Below, piece after piece: positions 40,048 to 54,182 of a stretch of 64,000 nucleotides of DNA (positions are counted from its first letter, which is position 1; each line of letters opens with the position of its first letter). The DNA lies in NCBI GenBank assembly GCA_951406725.2, contig OX597816.1, positions 30,380,001-30,444,000 of the forward strand, in the 5' to 3' direction. Both the position numbers and the translations under genes were made by a program. Origin of the DNA: Octopus vulgaris. Lineage: Eukaryota. The notes below the pieces were generated by a model that saw only the letters and a list, made by a program, of their open reading frames with translations, searched no databases and was not told where the DNA came from.

Positions 40048-40700
40048 ATGCAAAAGACAATAATATATTCCTATAGTGATTAATTAATTCTGCTTCTGAT
40101 CAGATTGTATTTTAATAATAGAATCACTCATCTCTTTCAATAATTTAGTAAAGTAATTTTAACATCTATTATCAATAGGGCTTAGAAGGCAGAGAGCTGG
40201 TTCAATCGTTACCGCACCGGAGAAAATGCTCTGCGGAGTTTCTTCTGGCACCTTATGGTCTGAATTCAAATTCCAGCGAGGTTGGCTTTACCTTCCATCC
40301 TTTCGGGGTCGATAAAATCAGTTAAGTACTAGGGTAGCTGTAATTGACTAATCTCCTCTACCATTCCTTTAGTGGAAAATATTATTTATAGCGTGCGGAT
40401 AATGATGGCGAACTAACGGTACAGATGACAAAAGCGACACTATGTTTCCAGGAGATTGAAAGTGGATATGGAAAAAGAAGAAAAACATTTTCCCTGCTAA
40501 ATCATATCATAGAAAGTTAATTTAGAAGCCTATATGTACACTTGAAATACGTAACAGATGTAACATTTCAATAACAGAATTACTAAATAAGTCAAAATTT
40601 CGAGAAAAACTGAAAAATCAAAATTCGATATAGTCGTGTATGTTAGGCTCGTCATCACTAATTTAATATAAATCTCTCTTCCTCTGTCTCTGTCTCTCTA

Positions 40701-40783
<83 letters not shown>

Positions 40784-41111
40784 ATTAATACCTACTGCTT
40801 GTAGTTCATATGTCCCAAAAGAAGCGTAGTCTAAAGTATTTGAGCAGAATCAATCTATGACCGGGCATAACTTTTAACTTTCTAAAAACTATATTAATAT
40901 TTATATATTTTTATATCATATATATGCATATTAAATTATGTTCACTTATAAAGTGCAATAACTTGGTGTTTTGAATAAAATACAGAAATTCATCTAATGC
41001 ATATGGGATGGATATGAAATGAAAGATATTTAAAACTCTATAAATTGTTAAGCATTACGATATTAGATATCGAAAGCTAATTACCTTTGGAGTTTAGAAA
41101 GTGCATTATGG

Positions 41112-41198
<87 letters not shown>

Positions 41199-41675
41199 TG
41201 TGCATGTATATTTGTATGTGTGTATGTATCAGGAAGATGTTTAATGAAAAGAATGCGAACTACTTTTCAATATACAAGGAACTTGAAATCAGTTTTGTGG
41301 TGGTGAATAACAATTCACGAGATTTATAGAAATCATTTCAGTTACTGTCTTGCTTTATTTGTATGATATTGGAACTTCGAATAAACGAAAGATGTGCTTT
41401 GAGAGCAATCTGAACGGGCCTCTGCCTTTATGTTGTGCGTTACAATGAAATTACGTGGGAAAGAATCACGGTGGATTAAATATGCGAAAAACCGTTTTAA
41501 AATATCTAGAAAATGTGGTAAAAAGCTTGCTTCCCAACCACATAATTCCGGGTTCACTTCCAGTGCGTGGTACCTTGGAGAAGTGCCTTTTACTATAGCC
41601 TCGTGCCGACCAAAACATTGCGAGTAGATTTGGTACACGGAAACTGAAGGAAGACCGTCGTTTATATTTATGTAG

Positions 41676-42434
41676 CTATATCAAATCTCTGAGGGGGATG
41701 TAAGCAGTAGCAATACGGAATCGCATCATATAATTGCCGACTAAGTGTGGCGCCCTACGCGGGACAGTGCTACTGGAGTTTATAGCCCAGGAAGACATCT
41801 CTTTTAGCTGGCTATCGACACGCATTCCGTGTCCGATTAGTATTTTCAACGGAAGGTCATCGCTCCGTTCCCTAGCCTTACGTGATACACATAGACTCGA
41901 GTTTCTGAGTAGTTACCCGTCCTCAGCGTGTGTTAATCACCAGCTAGTGATGAAATCTCATCCCACTCGCAAAATACTATATGCTATTTCCAGCGACGAA
42001 CCGTTGCTGCTCTCGAGAAAGGAGGAATAAACTATATTAAATCTCTGAGCGAGATGTAAACAGTAGCAATACGGAATCGTAAGGTACAATTGCCAACCAA
42101 GTGTGGCGTCCTACACGGGACAGTGCTACTGGCGTTTATAGGCCCAGGAAGACATCTCTTCCAGCTGACTAACGACACATTCTGTGTCTGATTAGTATTT
42201 GCGAGGGGAGGTCATCACTCACATCCCTAGCCTGGACGGGTAATCATTCAGAAACTCGAGTCCGTGTGTATCACGTAAAGCTAGGGAGTGATGACCTCCC
42301 CTCGCAAATATTAATCGGACACAGAATGTGTGTCGTTAAGCAGCTGGAAGATATGTCTTTCTGGGGCTATAAACACCAGTTTCACTGTTGCGTATAGGAT
42401 GCCACACTTGGTTGGTAATTATATGTTACAATAC
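41676..42434. repeat. 356-bp tandem unit (about 1.6 direct copies) plus an inverted copy, HHR-bearing
   Basis: Unit starts at 41676 and 42032; inverted copy 42234-42434. Confidence 0.85.
41887..41933 (-). ncRNA. Type-I hammerhead ribozyme with canonical core and GUC site
   Basis: Minus strand ACACACG-CTGAGGA-CGGGTA(AC)TACTCA-GAAA-CTCGAG-T-C-TATGTGT; the inverted copy (42234-42269) has CGTGTGT, restoring a perfect 7-bp stem I. Confidence 0.8.
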
Positions 42435-42664
42435 ATATATGCTCTTTTACTCTTTTATTTGTTTCAGTCAGTTGACTGTGGCCATGCTGGAGCACCGCAT
42501 TTAGTCGAGGAAATCGACTTATTCTTTGTAAGCCTAGTACTGTTCTATCGGTCTCTTTTGCCGAACCGCTAAGTTACGGGTACGTAAACACACTAGCAAG
42601 CGATGTTGGGGGACAAACACAAACACATAAACACACAACACATATATGTATATATATATGTATA

Positions 42665-42698
<34 letters not shown>

Positions 42699-43029
42699 CG
42701 ACGGGCTTCTTTCAGTTTCCGTCTACCAAGGCTATAGTAGAAGACACTTGCCCAAGGTGCCACGCAGTGGGAATGAACCTGGAACCATGTGGTTGGTAAG
42801 CAAGCTACTTACGACACAGCCACACTCCAGTGCTGTAGTTAACGCACAGGAATGAAAACATAACAAGGTCCTTTATTGTCCGAAAAATACCGACAGAGAA
42901 TTCTTCAGACTAACGTCACTTTCGGTAATTTCCGTTGCTCGCTCGGTGTTCAGTTTTTTTTCCGAACCTGTTTGAAAAATAGGTTCGCAGAAAGTCGAAC
43001 ACCGAGAGGACTTAATTGATGAGGACTTA

Positions 43030-43940
43030 GTTGGCAAAACAGGAAGTAGTAGTAATTGTGGTTCTTCAGGGAGACAACTCTTTTGAGTTCTTCAATAAAG
43101 GCTGCTGATAAATCCCAAATTATAAAATTGTCAATTTAGCTTCATTTGCATTATCTTTTTTATATAATGGCATAGACAATTGCATTTCAGATTGTTATAT
43201 CATAAATAATAAAGATGATGGTAATAACAAAGATGATTAAGGATACCATAGATTCATCACTTCAAGCAAAAACTTACATGCTTTAAATATCATTTTTACT
43301 ATTGTTGTTATTACCATCATCTTTATTATTTATGATATAACAATCTGAAATGCAATTGTCTATGCCAATTTATATAATTAGAAAATAATATAAATAAAGT
43401 GTTAAAATCTGAAAGTTAAATTAACAAACAATTATATAAAAAAGATAATGCAAATGAAGCTAAAATGACAATTTTATAATTTGGGATTTATCAGCAGCCT
43501 TTATTGAAGAACTCAAAAGAGTTGTCTCCCCTTATTCACAACACAGGAACTGAAGAACCACAATTACTACTACTTCCTGTTTTGCCAACATCCTAAATTA
43601 AACCAAACAACACATGGCCTTAATCCCATTGGATCCTAATACCTCAAGGTAATTTTTTCGTGAACAATCATTAAACTCAAGATACACAACGAACTCACAA
43701 TGTATCGGAGTACTTATTTTTTAATTTTTATACATATTTATTATTATTCTTTTGCAAAAAACAATGCAACTTTTTTTCCCATTTCTCATTTTTAAAAACC
43801 TTTTCACCTAACTATTCTTGATAAGTCAAACTATGACGAAAACCGGTTTGAATAAATATATATTTATATATTTTTTCATTTTCTCATTTCATTAAAATTT
43901 TCTTTCAATCGAGCATTCTGCATTTTTACAATTTTTCCTT
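43030..43940 (+). mobile_element. Penelope-like remnant with a large 5' inversion and terminal HHR
   Basis: Inverted arms 43030-43230 and 43305-43589; AIVYANLY and AFIEELK RT-like remnants; HHR at 43813-43854. Confidence 0.65.
43813..43854 (+). ncRNA. Hammerhead ribozyme, U3-A8 compensatory core variant
   Basis: TATTC-TTGATAA-GTCA(AACTA)TGAC-GAAA-ACCGGT-T-T-GAATA: all three stems pair; AACCGGTT palindrome. Confidence 0.8.
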
Positions 43941-43941
43941 G

Positions 43942-44000
<59 letters not shown>

Positions 44001-44004
<4 letters not shown>

Positions 44005-44213
44005 ATCCAAACAAGAAAGCACAAAAAAACACAACAACGCGAGGACGTGGAACAAATATAGTATTATTGGACGCTCAGGAAAGAAGAAAAGAAGGAGGGC
44101 TTAACGTTTCGAGCGGAGCTCTTCGTCGGAAACATAGGAGAAGGAAAGATCCAGAGAAGGGAAGACAGAGGAAAAAAAATCGGCGACGGTACACACGCGG
44201 TCACATTTTGAAT
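44001..44213 (-). mobile_element. Penelope pLTR-like family 1 copy with HHR (44099-44133)
   Basis: GTTT-CCGACGA-A-GAGC(TCC)GCTC-GAAA-CG-TT-AAGC on the minus strand. Confidence 0.7.
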
Positions 44214-44828
44214 ATATATATATATACATGAATTTGTGATTAGTGCTAGTGTTTGTCCCCCACTACCGCTTGACAACCGGTGTTGGTTTGTTTACGTTCC
44301 CGTAGCATAGCGATTCGGTGAAAACAGACCGATAGAATAAATACCAGGCTTAAAAAAAAACTCAACAAGTCCTGGGATTGATTCCTTCGACTAAAAGTTT
44401 TTCAAGGCGCTGCCCCAGCATGGCCGCAGTCTAATGACTGAAGACAAAAGATAAAAGATAAAAAGAACCTAATTTTTTTTTGTCAAGTAGTTTAATAGTT
44501 GTGGTGATTGTCTAGGCTTACGTCATTCGTGATCCAGTTGTTCCGTGGCACAAACGTAGTCGACCGATGAGGTAGGATTCAAACACTCCATGCCAACGCC
44601 ACTTACCCTTCTATATCTCATACTTTAGATATATAAGTGCTCATTTTCCAGACATGAATATCTCTCATGTTTAGACATGTATGTGTTTCATATTTTAGAT
44701 ATGTATCTATCACATATTTTAGACATCTACGAACATTTATTTTAGAAAAAGTCTTTCTTGTATTTTCAACATGCATGTGCTCATATTTTAGACATCAATG
44801 TGCTTCATATTTTAGATATGTATATATA

Positions 44829-45028
44829 CTCTCTTTTACTTGTTTCAGTCATTTGACTGCGGCCATGCTGGAGCACCGCCTTTAGTCGAGCAGCTCGACC
44901 CCGGAACTTATTCTTTGTGAGCCCAGTACTTATTCTATCGGTCTCTTTTGCCGAACCGCTAAGTGACGGGGACATAAACACAACAGCATCCGTTGTCAAG
45001 CCATGCTAGGGGGACAAACACAGACACG

Positions 45029-45070
<42 letters not shown>

Positions 45071-45209
45071 CATATATACGGCTTCTTTCAGTTTCCGTCT
45101 ACCAAATCCACTCACAAGGCTTTGGTCGGCCCGAGGCTATAGTAGAAGACTGAACTCGGAACCATGTGGTTGGTAAGCTAGCTACTTACCACATAGCCAC
45201 TCCTGCGCC
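44829..45209 (-). mobile_element. SINE family A
   Basis: Head and tail match. Confidence 0.85.
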
Positions 45210-45764
45210 TGTTCATATTTTAACCATTCATATGCTCATATTTTAGACATCACGTATCTCGTATTTTAAACGTAAATGTGTTCCATGTCTTAGACTTTTA
45301 TGATTTCAATATTCTAGACACCAATAAATTTAAATATAAAAATATAATAGCCACACGTTTGAAACCAGTGTATATTGCAATACTGTAACATCTGAAATAA
45401 TTGTGTGCGGAGTCTAAATGTTGTAAATAAAGTTTATAAAGTGACGATATTCAGACGATATGACAAAAATACAAGGAATTAAATTGTGATAAAATATTGA
45501 AGTATAATCTGAGTTCAGAAAGAAATTTAAGTTATTATAAAGTATAAATTACTGTATTAAATATAGAAGTTTAAGGCGACGATCTGGCAGAATCGTTAGC
45601 ATGCCGGGTAAAAATTCTAGCAGCATTTCTTCCCGCTCTGCATTGTGAGCTCAAATTTCGCCCGGATTGGCTTTGCCGTTCGATAAAATAAATACCAGTC
45701 AAGTACTGGAGTTTGACCGTCTTAAGGTATAGACATATCGGGGCCTCTACGATCCAAATACTGA

Positions 45765-46312
<548 letters not shown>

Positions 46313-47037
46313 GTTTGCTGTCAATAAGTAAATAACAGAGGGAATTTTCGTTGATTTATCCTGATCGGAGTACAAACACAGACATACACACACGCAAATA
46401 TACGCATATATATACGACAGTCGTCTTTCAGTTTCCGTGTACGAAATCCACTGGCAAGGGTTTGGTCGGCGTGAAGAGACTACGAAGAGAACTACGGCAT
46501 GACCTTTAAAAGACATATAGAGGACACATGGAAAAGATACCTATGATACTGTTTAGACACCTCTGACTGGGATCGATGTTATAGACTTGCCCTCTCCCCT
46601 CAAAACTGTTGGTATTGTGCTAAAATTAAGAAGAATTAAATATGGAAGCTTGTTTTTGTTTAGCGTTGGTGTTGGGAATTCGCAAAGTTCGTGGGTATGG
46701 TGAATGAAAATAAAATAAAATAAACTAGAGGAAGATTAATAAGGTAACAACATCTGAAAACGTTACCAGTGTTTTGTTTCAATCCCGAACTCTACTACAG
46801 AATAATAACTATAGTATTTTAACCAGCATACTGTATACAGACTTGTAAACACGTTGTGTTTATAAGCAGTATCTTCGTGAAATGGAGTGTACGATGGAAA
46901 CAGAATAATGTCAATACACCGATAAGTTGATTATCAAAACTAGCTGCCAAAAATGTGATATGTGTAATAATTAATGTAACCAGTTTACATGTGTTCTTTA
47001 TAAATAGCAGGTTTATAAACAATGTGTCTGGACTTTC

Positions 47038-47078
47038 TTACTGACGAAATCCCAACGGATTGAAACTGCTCCGTCTAA
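47038..47078 (+). ncRNA. Minimal hammerhead ribozyme with canonical core and GUC site
   Basis: TTA-CTGACGA-AATCC(CAAC)GGATT-GAAA-C(TGCTCC)G-T-C-TAA; TATAAATA about 40 nt upstream. Confidence 0.7.
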
Positions 47079-47723
47079 TTTTGTTTTCTCTTTCTTTTTT
47101 CGGATCTTTTCTATTCTGAAGCCAGTTTTTTCAAATTTTTCCTACTGAACCAAACAATTTGAAACTTCGTATACTGGTAGAATGTGTCAAAAGTAAACTT
47201 AATTGTAAACCAGAATGAAAACGGAATTGTAACTTCTAAGTTTAACGTTGTTTAATAATTAGAATTTTAACCAATGATATTCCGTCATTCGGCTTTATTT
47301 TATTTACTCCGTCTCGACCACCAATTTCGTGACGTATTAAACATCTTAAATGTAAACAAGCTATAGTCAGCCACCTTCTAATAACAAAAGTTTGTCTTTG
47401 AAGTTACCGTCTAGGGGAAGCATTGATGTACATGTGTGTGTGTGTGTGTTTGATGGGGTGTGGGAGACAGTATGTTGTGTAAGTGAAGTGCTTCTGTTAG
47501 TGTGTGTGAAGAGACAGAGAGAGTAATGTGTGAAAGAGAGAGATAACTGAAATTTTTTACTCGGTGTATGTGTATATGCCTGAAAGTATGTGTGTATGTA
47601 TCTGTGTATGTGTATGTATGTATGGCCAATTCAATGTAATTTTTTACACATACTTACACACACACACACATACATACACACACACATGCAGACATACATA
47701 TACACATACACCGAGTAAAAAAT

Positions 47724-47772
<49 letters not shown>

Positions 47773-49109
47773 TTTATAAAAATATGGTAAAGTAAAAAAA
47801 TTACTTAACCACACACCGAGCTTTTTAGAAATAGCAGCCAAAAATTTCTCAACTGCAAGAAAAAGTCTCCCAGACAATGCATACTCAGAAATAATTCACA
47901 TACGTATAAGAGAAAAACAACGAAAAATCACATGGATTCTCCGATATATGTTATAAAAATATGGATTCTCCGATATAATTTATAAAAATATGGTAAAGTA
48001 AAAAAATTACTTTACCACACACAAAGCTTTTTAGAAATAGCAGACGTGCTTATAAGCCGTCTTCAACTACGTCACAAAACTGCTTTCAACGTCACACTAA
48101 CAGATCGCAGTAACGTTTTAGATATGAAAACAAGCAATTTCATTGGTTAAAATTCGCAGTTTTAATCTACGATTAAAGTCATAAAATAGATTTTTCTCAA
48201 ATAAACTAGTTCCAACTGGCGAATAAACTAGTTCCACTCTATGAGTACACAAAGTTTCAAATTATTTAGTTAACTAGAAAGATCTGGGGTCCTGGCCACA
48301 AATTTGAAAAGATCCCTTTTTTCATCCACAAAGATATTACATATAAAGCAAGCCATTTATACATAACACTGTGTAACATGATTTTTGTTCTTGCGTAGCA
48401 ACTGTTATTTCCTATTTGCTTACTCATAGAAAGTACGAAAATTGGCTAATATTGCCTTCAAACATTGCTTTTGTTACATTTATTCAAACCCAAAGAGTCT
48501 CTCTGAATACAAGGTTATGACGTTTCTCCACTACTCCCGCTCATGATCAGAGATGTACCTATAGTCAGTCACTAAGGGACATGCTCAAATGGTTAAGGTC
48601 AAACAGCTAACAAGCAAGACTGTGGTATTGAGTAGAATATTTGCTAAAACGATATTTCTGCTTCAGCAACTCAGCGATGAAGCTGTCTGAAATGTAATGG
48701 AAAATAGATCAGTTTCAAAACATTGATGCTCAGATCACCAAAGCAAATTTTGAAGGGAATAGTAGTATTTGTTTTTGATTTCTATTTAGAAGCAAATAGG
48801 ATATAACACTTACTGACCATAGAAGAGGAAGAAGAAAAAAGAACCAGAGTATTAAAAAGGGCACCTTGCTTCATGAACCCTTCAGGCTATATTTTCTGAA
48901 TGAACGCAACGTTATATTATCAATCCAAAGTTATAAATGCTAATACCTTGACTATTGCTGTTAATGATCCTTTATTATAAACTAGCAGAGATACCCGGAG
49001 TTGTTCGGGATTAAAACGGCATAGGTTTTTTAATTCTTTTACGTATTTCAGTCATGTGACTTTGACCATGCTGGAGCACCGCTGGAGACTTCGTTTTAAC
49101 TTTATTCAA

Positions 49110-49183
<74 letters not shown>

Positions 49184-49185
49184 CA

Positions 49186-49229
<44 letters not shown>

Positions 49230-49289
49230 CACACATATATACATATACATACATATAAATATTTATATACATACATATACATATGTGTG

Positions 49290-49331
<42 letters not shown>

Positions 49332-49343
49332 CATATATATATA

Positions 49344-49572
49344 CTTTATTAAAAAGCAGCAAAAAATATCACAAAAACTGTTACTCAGAGTTTCACGTTC
49401 CCGTTCGTCGGACAGATTTGTTTAGAAAACTGTCCGACGAACTGGAGCGTGAAACTCTGAGTAACAGTTTTTGTGATATTTTTTGCTGCTTTTTAGTAAA
49501 GCATATTACTCTACCTCTGGTGTTCGAGTACTATTTTTTCCACCTTGTTTTGCAGTTATGTGTTTACTCTGG
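49344..49572. mobile_element. Fold-back element with two divergent hammerheads, inserted in (TA)n
   Basis: Arms 49344-49415 and 49430-49501; + HHR AAACTGT-CCGACGA-ACT(GGAG)CGT-GAAA-CTC(T)GAG-T-A-ACAGTTT (49427-49470); - HHR with intact ACG(GGAA)CGT stem II (49375-49418). Confidence 0.8.
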
Positions 49573-49577
49573 TATAC

Positions 49578-49614
<37 letters not shown>

Positions 49615-49676
49615 ATATACATATACATATATGCATACATACACACATATATATATACATATATACATACATACAT

Positions 49677-49837
<161 letters not shown>

Positions 49838-50527
49838 AATACATATATTTATATATATATACATACATACATACATGCATATAATATACATACAAACACA
49901 CACATATACTCATGAAACTACATCAGGTTCGGTAAAGAAAAGGTGATCACGTACTTACCTTGTCGCTGTTGTGATTACAAACAGACAAATAATTATATAT
50001 ATATATATATATATATAGATAGATAGATAGATAGATAAGAAAATATATTAAATATTAATTTAATGGTTAATATGTAACTGTAAATACCTTGCAACGTTGC
50101 AACTGCTACGATAATTATTAACTGGTTATTGAACAGTAAATATGTAAAATAAGATGTTCTTAGTGTTATCACATTTGAATTAAAAGTGAAAGAATAAAAG
50201 TGAAGCAATATTAAAGTTAGAATTAAAAGTAAAAGCTTAAAAGTGAAACAATATTATATCACATTACAATATAGATGTTATTGTTTCACTTTTGACATGT
50301 AATAGAGAGCCAGTCTAAGAGATTGCTCCGGGTCCGCATTAGGCAAGAAGTTGAAAATGTTTTTGCCCGTGACACTCCATGTAATGCATGGGTGAAATTT
50401 GAATGAAATAGGTTGGATAGTTTTCGAGATTTAGGGATTCACACATACATACAGATAGACGGACGCACATTTTTAGTTTTATATATATATAGATATGATC
50501 AAACTGCATGATATATATAATATCAAA

Positions 50528-50561
<34 letters not shown>

Positions 50562-50565
<4 letters not shown>

Positions 50566-50790
50566 CTTCTCCCTAGCTCTCCTCTGTAACCCGTCTGTCC
50601 GGCATTCGCCATGATAGATCGCTAGCCACTACACATTCTTTATTTTCTCTCCTTGTTTCTTTCTGTGTTCCTTTTTGTGGAAGAGCGTAGGCTCGAAACG
50701 TTAAAGACCTTTTCACTTCCCGAGCGTTATACTGATACATCTGTTTGTTGTCTACAACACCACCTGTCCTTTGTTTTTGTGAATTCTCCC
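50562..50790 (+). mobile_element. Penelope pLTR-like family 2 with HHR-like motif (50671-50706)
   Basis: CTTT-TTGTGGA-A-GAGC(GTAG)GCTC-GAAA-CG-TT-AAAG; related copies at 56051-56085 (core CTGTCGA) and 57266-57293 (truncated). Confidence 0.6.
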
Positions 50791-51409
50791 TATATATATA
50801 TAATGATGGTGGTGGTGTTGATGTTAATAATGATGATAATGGTGGTGGTGATGATGTTGATGGCGACGGTAACGATGACGGCGACGACGATGACGATGAT
50901 GATGATGGTAACGGTCATGACGATGACGATGATGATGATGATCATCATCACCAACGTCATCGCCATCGTCTTCGTCATTGCCATTGTTGTGTCAGCGCAA
51001 GATTTTTTGTGCATGCAGGTTAATAAATACCTTTAATTCCAACAGCATGTTTTCAGTACAATTTTCTTTCGTTTGTACATGTGCGTGTGCATAGGTGTAT
51101 ACGCACACCTGCATATAAAAGCATACATACATACATACATACATACATACATACACATACATACATACACACACACACACACCTACCACCTACACACAGA
51201 CACAGACACGCTAGCCTGATTGAAATCATATTTGTAATAAAGGAACATAACCAACAATCGTAATGGCATCAGTATTAATAACTGTGGATTTGTAATACAG
51301 CATTGTTTTTAACCATAAAATATAATAAGATACGCCAGTGTTTCACGAAGCAACGTGCTCTCTTTAGATATTAGTTGAATGTTTTGGTGATGGCGAGGAT
51401 GCTGCTGCC

Positions 51410-51468
<59 letters not shown>

Positions 51469-51604
51469 CTATCATCAAACTATATACTTTGTCTTGGAAA
51501 TGTTCTTGAAAACAACTAAAAACAAAAGGATATCGTGTGTTTGATGTTGTGTGAATGGATTATGAGTGACATAGATGGATAGATAAGAGTGAAAGAGAGA
51601 GGGT

Positions 51605-51656
<52 letters not shown>

Positions 51657-51874
51657 TAGATAGAAAGGGAGTGATAGGGAGGGAGGAAGGAAGGAGGAAA
51701 TGTGAAGTTGTTTTTGGTTCGGATTGGAATTTCCTCATTTATCTCAGAGTAAACAATTTGTCTCCTGAACAGACAGAATGGCTTAGAGTGGGGAACATAA
51801 ACAAGAACAAGAACAAGAACACGAATAAGAACACGAACAGGAACAACAACAACAGCAGCAGAAGCAGCAGTAGC

Positions 51875-51905
<31 letters not shown>

Positions 51906-51998
51906 CAACAGCAACAACACAACAACAAAAACAAAAACAGCTGCAGCAACGACAAAAACAACAACCACAAAAACAACAGCATAACCACCACCACCACC

Positions 51999-52030
<32 letters not shown>

Positions 52031-53182
52031 CAACAACAACAGCAGCAGTAGCAGCAATCACAGCAGCAGCATTTGCATAACAAATGTGTACCACATCAGT
52101 AAAACAACGTTTATAACAGTAACAACAGAAACAAAATTATCGGTAGTAACTACAACGACTACATTGACAACACCAAGAACATCAACAACAATAGCAAGAA
52201 CAACAGCTGCAGCAGCAACACCAAAAACAACAGCAACCACAATAGAAACAGCTGTAACGCGAATTAAAGATCTGTTAGAAATAGTAGCCAAATACCTCAT
52301 ATAACTCCTCAACAGTCTTTAAGAAATAAAAAAATAATGAAAACAAAATAAATGAAGAATGAGATCACAGAGACACTGTGAATAAAAGACAAAAATGTCA
52401 CGGCTGGAGTGTCTGTTTCAATGAAGTTGACTTCAGACAAAAGAAGAAGGATAACAACAACATCAACAGTAGTAGTACTGAAAACAAACTATCAATTATC
52501 CTCCTCTTGCTCCTCTTGCTACCCTTCCCCCTCTTGCTCCTCTTCCTCCTCTTCCTCATCTACCTCCTTTCCTTCCTCCCCTTCCTCCTCATCTTCCTCC
52601 TCCCCTTCCTCCTCATCTTCCTCCTCATCTTCCTCCTCATCTACCTCCTCTTCCTCATCTACCTCCTTTCGTTCCTCCCCTTCCTCCTTATCTTCCTCAT
52701 CTTCCTCCTCTTCCACCTCATCTCTTCCTCATCTTCGTCCCCTATCTCCCCCCTCCCCCTCCTCTTCCACTTCATCTCTTCCTCATCTTCGTCCCCCCTC
52801 CTCCCCTCACATCCCCGCCTCCTCTTCCTCCTCCTCTTTCTCCTCCTTTTCCTCCTCGTCGTCATCATCATCATCATAACCACAGAAACAGAATCAACAT
52901 CTACAAAATGACGAGGACGACGACAACAAGAGGAACAGCAATAACAACGATACGTCATTAAGTTGTACGTAAAGAAAGAAGACTGACACCAATCAGATAT
53001 ACACGCAGGCTCACTTACACATATACACGTACACACGCACATACACACACACACATACATATACACACATAACTACATATACATATGTCTACACAAAAAC
53101 ATGTATTTATATATATATGTGTGTGTGTGTATATATATATAGACTTACACAAGCATGCATTCACATATACATTGTAGGTGTA

Positions 53183-53232
<50 letters not shown>

Positions 53233-53283
53233 CATATATACATACATACACACAGGTACACACATATATGTATTCAGGTGTGT

Positions 53284-53328
<45 letters not shown>

Positions 53329-53496
53329 CATACATATATACACACACATATATATATATACATGTATATATATATACATATATATATACACATATATGTA
53401 CATATATACATATATAATTATATATATATATGTATATATATGAACGTATATATGTACATATAAACATATATACACACGCTTGTACACACATTGTGT

Positions 53497-53549
<53 letters not shown>

Positions 53550-54114
53550 TATATAACACACACACACGTTGCGTATAAATATACATACATATATCTAAAC
53601 TTATATACATATATGCATATAAATACTCGCATATACATATAAACAACATAACTGAAAGCTATTATATAGAAAATATCTTACAAACAAAAGTAATCCAAGA
53701 GAAAAAAAAAAACTAAAAAAAACCCCAAAAATCCTCAAAATACTTCACTTCTCCCAACCCATATCACTACACCCATCTCACGCGCATTCCAACACACTCC
53801 CAATAACAACAGCAAAAGCAGCAGCAAAAACAATAACTTCATACGCAATAAATAGAATAATATGTCTAAGTATAAATATATCTACATGTAGGTAAATGTG
53901 TGCGTGTGTGTGTATGTATATATATATATATATACACACACACACGCATGTATATATTTATATGTAGACACATACATATATACATTCGTATATATATACA
54001 TAAATACACTTTTGCGCGAGGAGCTTTCATGAAGAGGAGGGCTGCTGTCAATCTTGAAAATAATGGTCGATGGAACGAGAAAGATGGAGAGATATTTTGT
54101 AGAGCGAGAGCGAG

Positions 54115-54182
<68 letters not shown>

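Noticed and set aside
49959-49965. Possible 7-nt minus-strand microexon (cag|CGACAAG|gtaagt)
   Set aside because: Weak acceptor, inside a repeat-rich element, no frame context
52378-52911. Ser-, Leu- or Glu-rich ORFs of 65-177 aa
   Set aside because: (CCT/CTT)n low-complexity tract
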